Below, piece after piece: positions 30,813 through 38,300 of a stretch of DNA of 64,000 nucleotides. A program made the position numbers and the translations under genes. Position 1 is the first letter of the stretch; every line of letters begins with the position of its first letter. The notes beneath the pieces were generated by a model. That model did no database searches, was not told the DNA's origin, and saw nothing but the letters and a program-made list of their open reading frames with translations. This stretch comes from a virus: positions 5,750 through 69,749 of IMG/VR virus record IMGVR_UViG_3300022744_000028. One strand, given 5' to 3'.

Positions 30813-30834
30813 GTATTGCATAACATCTTGGAGG
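30806..30834 (+). promoter_or_regulatory. late promoter and RBS of the endonuclease gene
   Basis: CTAAATA at 30806-30812 (same variant as at 20985) and GGAGG at 30830-30834, ATG at 30841. Confidence 0.6.
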
Positions 30835-30840
30835 ATAAAA

Positions 30841-31233
30841 ATGCAATACTTCACATACTTATGGATTGATAAATCGCGAAAAATGTTTTATGTTGGTGTA
30901 CATGAAGGACATATCAACGATAGCTACATTTCATCGAGCAGATGGTTCAACGGCGAATATCAATATCGACCTAATGATTTTAAGCGTAGGGTTCTTAAAC
31001 TCTTTAACGACAGAGCCTCAGCAACAAAGGAAGAGTCTCGATTGCTTGCTCTAATTAAAGAGGAAGAGTATGGCAGCAGGTACTACAATCTTAAAACCGG
31101 TCGACCTAAAGGCACACCAGCATCCAACAAGGGCAAGCCAATGTCCCCAGAACAGCGCGAAAAGCTTAGCAAGGCTAAGCTAGGAAAGCCATCTGTGAGG
31201 AAAGGCATTCCTAATAAAAATAAAGCTAGTTGA
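30841..31233 (+). CDS. GIY-YIG (Seg-like) free-standing homing endonuclease with a NUMOD3 tail
   Basis: YFTYLW..FYVGVH..YISSS..FKRRVL..EE..LL..YYNLK, plus NKGKPMSPEQREKLSKAKLG; antisense to its neighbours. Confidence 0.8.
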   Translation: MQYFTYLWIDKSRKMFYVGVHEGHINDSYISSSRWFNGEYQYRPNDFKRRVLKLFNDRASATKEESRLLALIKEEEYGSRYYNLKTGRPKGTPASNKGKPMSPEQREKLSKAKLGKPSVRKGIPNKNKAS

Positions 31234-31393
31234 TTCTGTTTCCAAGTTCAACTAGCAAAACTCATGCAGTGCAATTAAGCAGCTGCTAGGAATAACTCAT
31301 CGTTTGCAGTTATTGATTTTGCTTGATTTACGGTCATCGCCTACCGTGTTGCCGTCTCTACTATCTACCCCTGTCGAAACCAAGTGCACCCCC
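31225..31393 (-). ncRNA. ssrA: tmRNA coding piece (two-piece tmRNA); tag ANDELFLAAA*
   Basis: 5' end GGGGGTGCACTTGGTTTCGAC at 31393; pk1-like ACGGT..ACCGT; resume context ATAACT GCA AAC GAT GAG TTA TTC CTA GCA GCT GCT TAA (31307-31275); terminal hairpin GCTAGTTGA/TCAACTAGC. Confidence 0.9.
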
Positions 31394-31473
31394 ATCAAAA
31401 ACACACCAAGTTAGTATTCAGATACATTGAGCTATCTAACTACGTCCTAATCCAATGTTCTTAGGTATGCTTT

Positions 31474-31535
31474 TGGTGGAAGTGGCGGGATTCGAACCCG
31501 CGTCCAGAAGTCCTTCGCTTTGAAGGGATTACAAC
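31474..31535 (-). ncRNA. ssrA: tmRNA acceptor piece, encoded upstream of the coding piece (permuted gene)
   Basis: GGACGCGGGTTCGAATCCCGCCACTTCCACCA: T-arm plus CACTTCC-A-CCA, which pairs with GGGGGTG of the coding piece (G.U pairs included). The 80-nt intervening segment has complementary ends (AAAGCATAC/GTGTGTTTT). Confidence 0.9.
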
Positions 31536-31684
31536 AATTCCTCGAGCTTCTCCAATCTAGGAATTTTCTTTTTTTCCTTTTTGCGGGAGTAGCCACAAGC
31601 TCCACATTTACCATAATCACCAACAACATCACGATCGCAACGGCCGCACCACATGCTTTTGAGGCCGTCCTTGCGAGCAGCCAT
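31529..31684 (-). CDS. small zinc-finger protein (51 aa)
   Basis: CGRCD...CGACG pairs and a basic tail; the stop codon overlaps the 5' end of the tmRNA acceptor piece. Confidence 0.6.
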   Translation of the reverse strand: MAARKDGLKSMWCGRCDRDVVGDYGKCGACGYSRKKEKKKIPRLEKLEELL

Positions 31685-31726
31685 TCCGCTGCGTCTATTT
31701 GATTTTGTTAGGATCATGGTCTATGT

Positions 31727-32563
31727 TCAGACAATCTCCAAAGCCGTTCCGCAATTAGAACAGAATTTGGATGTTGCCTTATTTACCTTACCGCACGTTA
31801 CACACTTAGGCTTAGCCTTGACGGTAACTGGCGCAGTGATCTTATTATCCTCTGTTTCGCCTTTTAATTGCAACACAATAACGTGTTTTTGGTCTTCCAG
31901 AGGGAAGGAATCAACTGTTGTAAATCTTTGCTGAGACATCGATCCAGGAACAGTGATACCGACATCGTTAACAGACTTGGCCATCACGCTATCGTTCCAG
32001 TCCATGCAAGCTGCGCCATCGTGTGCTGAAGCTGCCGATGCACTAACATTCATTGATTGGGGTGATACGATAGCAGACGTAGCCACAAGCGAACGATACA
32101 ACGGCGTACTGTTATTTGTGCTGTAGGAAGATCCAGATGCTGCGATCCATGGTGTTCCACCAGAGCCACCCCACGTATTGGCAAAAGGATCTGGACGGAC
32201 CTGATAGACAGGGCGTGGTTTCTCAAATTGCCATTCAATTCGAATCAGTCCATCTCCTGCACCAACACCACGATGTTGTTCTACAGAAGAAGTACGTTCG
32301 ATGAATTTGAATCTGTTGCCTTGTGTGACGTCTTTGATAAAACGCTCAATTTCCAGGTTGCTGTTTGGGCTAACAACAAGCGAGCGTCCGCCAAGGACAT
32401 CTTCGCCATCGATAGTGATGCGAACATCAGCACGGACAATATTGAGGTTTTTGAGCAGAAGTGAATATTCACATCCGAATGGAAGGTAGACGGTGTCGCC
32501 CACTTCACGAAGAACACGACCGCTACTTTTGACGGCGACGACGAATTGATTTTTGTACATCAT
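31727..32563 (-). CDS. conserved phage protein with a C-terminal double zinc ribbon (278 aa)
   Basis: VYLPFGCEYSLLLKNLN..ITIDGEDV..EIERF N-terminal domain, CVTCG..FCSNCG C-terminus; AGGAG RBS. Confidence 0.8.
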   Translation of the reverse strand: MMYKNQFVVAVKSSGRVLREVGDTVYLPFGCEYSLLLKNLNIVRADVRITIDGEDVLGGRSLVVSPNSNLEIERFIKDVTQGNRFKFIERTSSVEQHRGVGAGDGLIRIEWQFEKPRPVYQVRPDPFANTWGGSGGTPWIAASGSSYSTNNSTPLYRSLVATSAIVSPQSMNVSASAASAHDGAACMDWNDSVMAKSVNDVGITVPGSMSQQRFTTVDSFPLEDQKHVIVLQLKGETEDNKITAPVTVKAKPKCVTCGKVNKATSKFCSNCGTALEIV

Positions 32564-32618
32564 TACATACTCCTAAATTGTTACGGACGTCTGTCTAGCA
32601 TCCTAGTATTAAAGACAG

Positions 32619-32649
32619 AAAAGGGGTCAAGGCATTGCACCCTGACCCC
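32619..32649 (-). terminator. intrinsic terminator overlapped by a sigma70-like promoter
   Basis: GGGGTCA...TGACCCC-TTTT on the - strand; TATAAT (32655-32650) and TTGATT (32679-32674) immediately upstream. Confidence 0.65.
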
Positions 32650-32685
32650 ATTATATAGTTAAGTTTTCTATGAAATCAACTCAAG

Positions 32686-33636
32686 TTAGGCCATTTCAGC
32701 CATTTCGACTGCTGTTTCCAGCGCCTTGATCTTTAGGTTTTTATTGGGACCAAACCATGCAGATTGCAAGCGAGTGTCTGCGCTGCGACCGATTTCGTGG
32801 TCAGTCAAGTACGTCACCGCATTGAATGCTTGCCACCAGCTACCTTCCGCAAACGAAGCACCAGGTTGTGTATGGATCACTTCCAATGCACGAGAGGCAG
32901 ACTTGGAGATTTCCTTACGCTGAGCACCTTTTTCCTTATTATATGCGATAACAGGGAAGATTTTGTTAAAGTAGTCGGTCAGCGATTCGCCGGTATAGCG
33001 CTTGCTGCCCAGGAATTCAGCCATCTCTTTGTACTTGGCGAGCTTATCCGTAGCGATGCCGAGTTGTTCTTTGACCAGTGCTGGATCAAATTCAGTGCGG
33101 TGGCTTTTCTTGACCATGCGTTCTTCGTTCTTTGACAGCGAAAGAGTCAGCGTATTATTGCAAACAACGCGGATTGGAGTGAAGCGAACGTCGATCGATT
33201 GGCCAAACTTATGCGGATTCGTGAACAGCAGGTATGAATCGACAGTATCGCCCTTGAACAGCTCGAACGATTCTTTCACCTTCGCGAGCACCCATACGAT
33301 CTGGCCGTTGCGCAGTGAACCAGCAGTATGCATTTCCATGTCGCCAGCAGCGCAATATTCATGGAAGAATTCAAATGCCTCGTGATTCTGGACGGGATTC
33401 CAATCATTGGAAACCACACTAAGCATCTGCTCATCAGTATTACGGACAAGCGCGGACCACCCGACGCTAGTTTTTTTTCCGCCGATATCTGCGAACGCAG
33501 GAATCTTCTCTACCGTCCAATCGAGTCCTGCTTTTTCCAACATTTGCGCGGGCGATAGATCAGCCGGTACTTGGACGCCGAGTCCGTGCCAAGGAGTTTC
33601 ACCAGCATATGCCATCGTTTCGACCATGTGAGCCAT
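32686..33636 (-). CDS. DUF932/DUF945 phage-plasmid protein (316 aa)
   Basis: MAYAGETPWHGLG..AGLDWTVEK, PVQNHEAFEFF, IRVVCNNTL and SWWQAFNAVTYLTDH motifs. Confidence 0.92.
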   Translation of the reverse strand: MAHMVETMAYAGETPWHGLGVQVPADLSPAQMLEKAGLDWTVEKIPAFADIGGKKTSVGWSALVRNTDEQMLSVVSNDWNPVQNHEAFEFFHEYCAAGDMEMHTAGSLRNGQIVWVLAKVKESFELFKGDTVDSYLLFTNPHKFGQSIDVRFTPIRVVCNNTLTLSLSKNEERMVKKSHRTEFDPALVKEQLGIATDKLAKYKEMAEFLGSKRYTGESLTDYFNKIFPVIAYNKEKGAQRKEISKSASRALEVIHTQPGASFAEGSWWQAFNAVTYLTDHEIGRSADTRLQSAWFGPNKNLKIKALETAVEMAEMA

Positions 33637-33695
33637 TTTGATTTCCTTACAAAGTTAATTAAAGAACCCTCATTCTAGTTCTTTTCAGGAAAACG

Positions 33696-34016
33696 TCAAC
33701 TGGTTTGGTCAAACTCTACTTCCCACAGGAAGCAGTTCTGTTGTTCGTCCCACTGAACGTCAGTAAGTAGCACTTTTGATCCAAAGTAGTAGAGGATGCT
33801 ATTTGCTCCGGTCAGCAGAGCGACTTTCGAGAGCTGTTTGTCGTCGAGATCGTCTCTCCACAGCTCCCATGCAGATGCTCGTGCTTGCTCGCTGATATCC
33901 GCGGTGATGTGGTCGAATTCGAAGTCTGAGAAGATTGCAACGTTTTTCAAATCAATGATCCGATTAGTAGGCCGATGAGGAATGCAGCGCCGCATAGTAA
34001 TGCAAGCGCTATGCAA
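33696..34016 (-). CDS. hypothetical protein
   Basis: ORF on the coding strand, filling the gap between neighbours. Confidence 0.55.
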   Translation of the reverse strand: MHSACITMRRCIPHRPTNRIIDLKNVAIFSDFEFDHITADISEQARASAWELWRDDLDDKQLSKVALLTGANSILYYFGSKVLLTDVQWDEQQNCFLWEVEFDQTS

Positions 34017-34040
34017 TATGTAAGCGGATTGTCGATAATC

Positions 34041-34217
34041 TTAGCTAGAGATAGATTTTCCAAATTGGACAACATAGTCGTAGTCTGCCTTTGTTAGTTC
34101 TTTTCTCGACAGCGCTTTTGCTAGGTCGTTGTACACTTGATTGAGCGCTGGCTTTTTGTGGTTAAAAGCCTTGAGCGCTCGGATGTACAATTCCTTCAGA
34201 TCAACTGTGGTATTCAT
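34041..34217 (-). CDS. hypothetical protein (58 aa)
   Basis: Not in the ORF track: MNTTVDLKELYIRALKAFNHKKPALNQVYNDLAKALSRKELTKADYDYVVQFGKSISS*. Confidence 0.55.
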   Translation of the reverse strand: MNTTVDLKELYIRALKAFNHKKPALNQVYNDLAKALSRKELTKADYDYVVQFGKSISS

Positions 34218-34503
34218 TGAGGTCTTTGAACAGTGTATTCAAAGATGGCTGAACGGTATTCAACTGATGCATTTGCATTTCGTATCCTTCTGCGCGAGTA
34301 TCGAATTCGCCGATGATATTCAAAGACAACGCATCAACGCCGCCGAGTTTGCGGATTCGTTGGTTGAGCGACAAGAAGTACTCGCGGCCGTGAATTGTTT
34401 GTGAATTGTAGCGCATGCGGTTAAGACGTTTACTGAGATCCTGTGTCAAACCGATGTATGCGTCCTTACCTTTAGACAACGAAAATACTGTATACTTGCT
34501 CAT
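34201..34503 (-). CDS. small GIY-YIG-like nuclease-domain protein (100 aa)
   Basis: YTVFSL..AYIGLTQDLSKRLNR..E..E..LN pattern. Confidence 0.6.
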   Translation of the reverse strand: MSKYTVFSLSKGKDAYIGLTQDLSKRLNRMRYNSQTIHGREYFLSLNQRIRKLGGVDALSLNIIGEFDTRAEGYEMQMHQLNTVQPSLNTLFKDLNEYHS

Positions 34504-34504
34504 T

Positions 34505-34747
34505 TCAAATCACCTTTACATTACAAGGATGGTATGTGCGAATCTCACTCATACCAATCATATTGACGTACAATACCATCTCGCCTACACTATTATAAGC
34601 GAAACCATGTACGACACCAAAGAACGTCCTGCCATCGCCATCATCGATCATTACCTTATCACCGACATTGTATGCTTTGAACGTTTTTCGATTGTACTCG
34701 ATTAATTCAGGATTGTCAAATTGGATGGAATATGCAAATGCCATCAC
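34505..34747 (-). CDS. hypothetical protein (80 aa)
   Basis: Coupled ORF with an SH3-like beta pattern. Confidence 0.6.
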   Translation of the reverse strand: MMAFAYSIQFDNPELIEYNRKTFKAYNVGDKVMIDDGDGRTFFGVVHGFAYNSVGEMVLYVNMIGMSEIRTYHPCNVKVI

Positions 34748-35112
34748 TCAGTCCCCTTCTTCATCAAATCATTACCAATACTTTCAAGTACTTCTGAAGA
34801 CACTTGAACAAAATCAACTCTATTATCAACAGCAACTTTAGCCATATGCAACACTTCTTCTACACGAACAGCATAATAGCGACCGCGCATCCAGATTTCA
34901 TCATAATCAGAAATGAACCCGTCCGCCTTTGCAGCTCTGATAGCCTCTTCTCTTGTACGCGCAGGCAAAAGGCCGAAAAACCTTGGCTTACTGAATGATT
35001 CAATGATGGGTTCCCGCTCACGCAGAATCCGTTCTTCACGCCTCTTCAAATACGCATCACATGCATCACGCACCTTGAATGCAGGAAGAGACACATATCC
35101 ATTACAACTCAT
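34744..35112 (-). CDS. hypothetical protein (122 aa)
   Basis: ATGA overlap with the next gene. Confidence 0.65.
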   Translation of the reverse strand: MSCNGYVSLPAFKVRDACDAYLKRREERILREREPIIESFSKPRFFGLLPARTREEAIRAAKADGFISDYDEIWMRGRYYAVRVEEVLHMAKVAVDNRVDFVQVSSEVLESIGNDLMKKGTE

Positions 35113-35138
35113 AAACGACCCTTTTTAGCGTATTTTTC

Positions 35139-35360
35139 CGCAAAAAAATTTTAGACATCCGCTTTATATAAAACCGGATTTGGTGTTGGATTTTCTGCGA
35201 AAAAATTTTTGAGATCAACTTTATTTGGAATCCGGATAGTTTTTGGTGCAACCATCGAATGTTTCTATGGTGATCTCCCCAGAAATATGGGCAGACCTTT
35301 TCAGCACGTTTCCCCGCACAAAAATTTTTAGAAAACGACTTTATTAGAAACCGGATTTGA
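35139..35360. repeat. imperfect direct repeat of about 43 nt with A/T tracts in a non-coding region
   Basis: gcaaaaaaattttagacatccgctttatataaaaccggatttg (about 35139-35182) versus gcacaaaaatttttagaaaacgactttattagaaaccggatttg (about 35316-35359). Confidence 0.7.
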
Positions 35361-35490
35361 ACAGAGATTCCCCGGGACTTTCTAATACCCTCCGCACGTA
35401 TAGTACTTGCGTTTCCAAAACACCCCCCCATGGGCTATTTTGTGTCCGGGCGCCTGTGGCTCGGCTGGGGGTGGGCTGCTCAGCTAGTGG

Positions 35491-35685
35491 CTATTCTGTT
35501 TCCAGCGCTATCTCATCGTCGACTAGCTTGTGTGCTAAATTGAATGTCATCATCGACACTGTGTAGGCAACTGCTTGGTCACTCTTTGGCAGTCGCTGAA
35601 TGTAAGCGTCGAGTGACTGCTGGTCTGTGGGCGTTGCGAACAATGGGCTGCGGGGGACTGGATTATGTTGCATGATGCACTCCAT
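35491..35685 (-). CDS. hypothetical protein (about 60 aa)
   Basis: MQHNPVPRSPLFATP..AVAYTVSMMTFNLAHKLV; plausible coding frame. Confidence 0.6.
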   Translation of the reverse strand: MECIMQHNPVPRSPLFATPTDQQSLDAYIQRLPKSDQAVAYTVSMMTFNLAHKLVDDEIALETE

Positions 35686-35792
35686 ACTAGTTTAAGTTGC
35701 AGGGGGTGCTGGACGCATTGAGATCCCTAATAGAATCCTATATCATCCAGCACAAAGCTGACTATACACACTCTGTGTACTTGGGTCAACGG

Positions 35793-36200
35793 TTAGGCAC
35801 AAGCCTTCTTTGCATTATAATAGTACGTTGTACTGCCGGCGATACTCATTCCGAGCTCTGTATGGAAAGCCGCAATACAGGCCGTTTTATCGCCGTGCAA
35901 ACGCTTGTAGATCTCGACTGCGAGTTCCGACTTGCTGCCTGCACGAGGACCATCGGATACACGGGCGGCCTTCTTGGCTGGCTTGATAGCGACCTTCTTC
36001 TCTTTGGTCAACACCTTGGTCATGTCTGCGATTACGGTTGAGGGCATTTTCTTTCCTTTCGAGGGTTTGCTGTCTGTTGGGTAGCCGGGGTAAACTGTTC
36101 CGAATTCTCGCTTGGGGTCTAGCAACCATTCATTATAGTGTGCTAGACGCTTTGAGCCTTCGTCAAGTTGTGTTGGATTTTCGATGTGCTTCTTCGCCAT
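35793..36200 (-). CDS. basic protein with a C-terminal predicted DNA-binding domain (135 aa)
   Basis: Lys-rich linker plus SKSELAVEIY..LGMSIAGSTTYYYNAKK, similar to the C-terminus of 38301-38708. Confidence 0.7.
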   Translation of the reverse strand: MAKKHIENPTQLDEGSKRLAHYNEWLLDPKREFGTVYPGYPTDSKPSKGKKMPSTVIADMTKVLTKEKKVAIKPAKKAARVSDGPRAGSKSELAVEIYKRLHGDKTACIAAFHTELGMSIAGSTTYYYNAKKACA

Positions 36201-36202
36201 GA

Positions 36203-36337
36203 TCAGATCAACTCATTATCAGTCAGCACATCTACCACCTGAGATACTGTCAGATCGAGCGTCCATGCAATCGACTTGACTGTCTTGCCGTTGATGTACA
36301 TGTCGCAGATCTGATCGTCGTAGTTTACAGATTTCAT
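36203..36337 (-). CDS. small helix-turn-helix protein (44 aa)
   Basis: Not in the ORF track: MKSVNYDDQICDMYINGKTVKSIAWTLDLTVSQVVDVLTDNELI*, with a CAGGAG RBS and its own promoter. Confidence 0.65.
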   Translation of the reverse strand: MKSVNYDDQICDMYINGKTVKSIAWTLDLTVSQVVDVLTDNELI

Positions 36338-36416
36338 CTTGTTCTCCTGTTGATGTCTCAATTATAAGACCAGAATGAGAGTTGGGCAACGAGTACCCAA
36401 CCAAACTTGAAGGACA

Positions 36417-36659
36417 TTATACCGTGAAGTCGAATGCGAACTCTGGGCCAACCTTGCTGACGATCACACCGCAGTTGAGATTCTCAATCAGCGTTGTTTC
36501 AATCTTCGCTGCATCTTTCGGTGTGCAAGCGACAAACAGGCTGCCAGCGTACATGTTGGCTGTGTTTGCGACTTGGACATCTTCGATCGCCTCATAGACC
36601 GATGCAACTGCGACTGCTGCAAACTGATGCTTGTTCATGTGATATCCGTTGTTCATCAT
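36417..36659 (-). CDS. hypothetical early protein
   Basis: CAGGAG RBS before MMNNG; promoter at 36689-36717. Confidence 0.65.
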   Translation of the reverse strand: MMNNGYHMNKHQFAAVAVASVYEAIEDVQVANTANMYAGSLFVACTPKDAAKIETTLIENLNCGVIVSKVGPEFAFDFTV

Positions 36660-36744
36660 TTCATTCACTCCTGTGTTTGTATGACTCAATTATCTGTCCA
36701 AAAGACCAACTGGGCAACAGATAACCATACAAACATGAAGGACA

Positions 36745-37092
36745 TTATTTCACTGTTGACTTTTTATGGAATTTCGATGTCAAATCATGCATCCCAGCAT
36801 CTACAGCTCGTTGTTGTCGGATGTAAGCCAATTGACGCTCACATTCTTTTTGATTGACTTTGAACTTGATGTCAGGTTGTTTCTCGACCGCTTTCACTTC
36901 TACAGTCTCAACATCCATCGATCGCTGTCTTTGTCTGATCACCTTCTTCGCCCGGGAAAACGCAGTCTTCACATTGTCAATGAAGTCCGCGATTTTCCGC
37001 AGAATCATGTACTGTCCGAACGCCGCCATCACCACAAAATATGCGATAAAATATACGGCGTTGGAATCAAATAGATCTTTCATGCTTCCCAC
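36745..37092 (-). CDS. hypothetical protein with an N-terminal transmembrane helix
   Basis: AVYFIAYFVVMAAFGQYMIL hydrophobic segment followed by a basic region. Confidence 0.6.
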   Translation of the reverse strand: MGSMKDLFDSNAVYFIAYFVVMAAFGQYMILRKIADFIDNVKTAFSRAKKVIRQRQRSMDVETVEVKAVEKQPDIKFKVNQKECERQLAYIRQQRAVDAGMHDLTSKFHKKSTVK

Positions 37093-37442
37093 GGACGATT
37101 GCCAGGGATATCAAATTCACGCACTACGCCGCGCTCCTTGCCCCAGCACTTCCAACAGCCGTCATTCGACCACAGATAGACATAATCATAGCCGCTAGAC
37201 AACACGTCTTTGATATCATCGAATGTCTCAGCGCCGTCAACAGGACCATGTCCGAAGCGGCAGATTGTGCCGTCATTATCAAAGTTGCGGATTTGACCGC
37301 CGTCAATGATCGCTTCCATCGCAGCGAAACTGTTGTGGTGTTTGACGAGGATCTTGCCGACATGGTCAGGGTAGCCATCATAGTGGCTGTACATGCCGTG
37401 GATTTTACCGTCCGAATACCCGATGATGCAGCGTGTTGACAT
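37080..37442 (-). CDS. conserved phage early protein (HYDGYP motif, 120 aa)
   Basis: MSTRCIIG..YSHYDGYP..VG..L and YDYVYLW patterns; own promoter and RBS. Confidence 0.75.
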   Translation of the reverse strand: MSTRCIIGYSDGKIHGMYSHYDGYPDHVGKILVKHHNSFAAMEAIIDGGQIRNFDNDGTICRFGHGPVDGAETFDDIKDVLSSGYDYVYLWSNDGCWKCWGKERGVVREFDIPGNRPWEA

Positions 37443-37530
37443 TTCACTTCTCCTGTTGTTGATGAGTCAATTATCTGTGAGAATGAAAATCTGGTCAAGT
37501 AATACCCGACCAGATTGTAAGCTCATTCAA

Positions 37531-37962
37531 TTAGTAGTTGTCATCCTCATCATCTTCGTCTACGGGATTTGTTTCGATCGCAACACGGCCAAATTGAATT
37601 GTCCCATTCCACTTGCCGCCGCGGCCACAATCCGCACGGCCGCCGCCTGTGACGAAATCAGTCTCGAATTCGTGGATTGCGCCAAGAGATTCGATGTTCT
37701 CGTACTTCTCTGCACGAATGTCTTCCACACGAATACAGCCGATCAAACCTGCGTCTACGCTATATTCGTTGCCATATTGGTCGTAGTATCCACCATCGCC
37801 CCAGTATGTGCCATATGTTGCGAACTTGCGGCCATCAGGCAGTTCAAACTCACCATCGAGGCAATTGTGGCCTGCGATTGTGATATCACAAAACTGCTCC
37901 CACTCTGCATCTGTCATCACGTAGCACAGATCGCCAACATAATATTTGCCTGCTTGCATCAT
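37531..37962 (-). CDS. conserved phage early protein (YYVGDLCYV motif)
   Basis: GKYYVGDLCYVM, T.WGDG.Y and VDAGLIG motifs; own promoter. Confidence 0.75.
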   Translation of the reverse strand: MMQAGKYYVGDLCYVMTDAEWEQFCDITIAGHNCLDGEFELPDGRKFATYGTYWGDGGYYDQYGNEYSVDAGLIGCIRVEDIRAEKYENIESLGAIHEFETDFVTGGGRADCGRGGKWNGTIQFGRVAIETNPVDEDDEDDNY

Positions 37963-38047
37963 TTCAGTTTCTCCTGTTGTTGAATGATGACTCAATTATA
38001 TGCCCAATCTCACAACTGGGCAACGAGTAACCTTCTACTCTGTCAGG

Positions 38048-38200
38048 TTATTCCTCGCTGGGGAGATCAGGCAATTTTGCTTCGTGCATCACGGATTGAA
38101 CTGTCTGAGCACGGACTTTCAGCTCTGCAGCGGCCATTGCGGCATTGACTTGCTGGGGCATCAGTTGACGTGCGGTGAAGAGGTCGAGTGGATTGTACAT
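38048..38200 (-). CDS. hypothetical protein (50 aa)
   Basis: Not in the ORF track: MYNPLDLFTARQLMPQQVNAAMAAAELKVRAQTVQSVMHEAKLPDLPSEE*, TAGGAG RBS, own promoter. Confidence 0.6.
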   Translation of the reverse strand: MYNPLDLFTARQLMPQQVNAAMAAAELKVRAQTVQSVMHEAKLPDLPSEE

Positions 38201-38300
38201 GCGTTTTCTCCTAGTTGTTGATGTGCTGATTATAGCACAGATTCAGTCTCAGTCAACAAATACCCCTCAATTAAGAAGGGTATTCAGCAACCGTTGACTT

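Noticed and set aside
30800-31260. Group I intron carrying the endonuclease inside the tmRNA
   Set aside because: The ORF is antisense to the tmRNA, fills almost the whole interval, and leaves no room for a recognisable P3-P7 core.
31474-31510. Stand-alone tRNA gene suggested by GGTTCGAATCC and a CCA end
   Set aside because: No D-arm or anticodon arm lies upstream. The acceptor strand pairs with GGGGGTG 80 nt downstream, so this is the acceptor piece of a permuted tmRNA.
35102-35431. 109-aa - strand ORF over the A-tract region
   Set aside because: It is a translation of low-complexity repeats with no RBS and is treated as non-coding.
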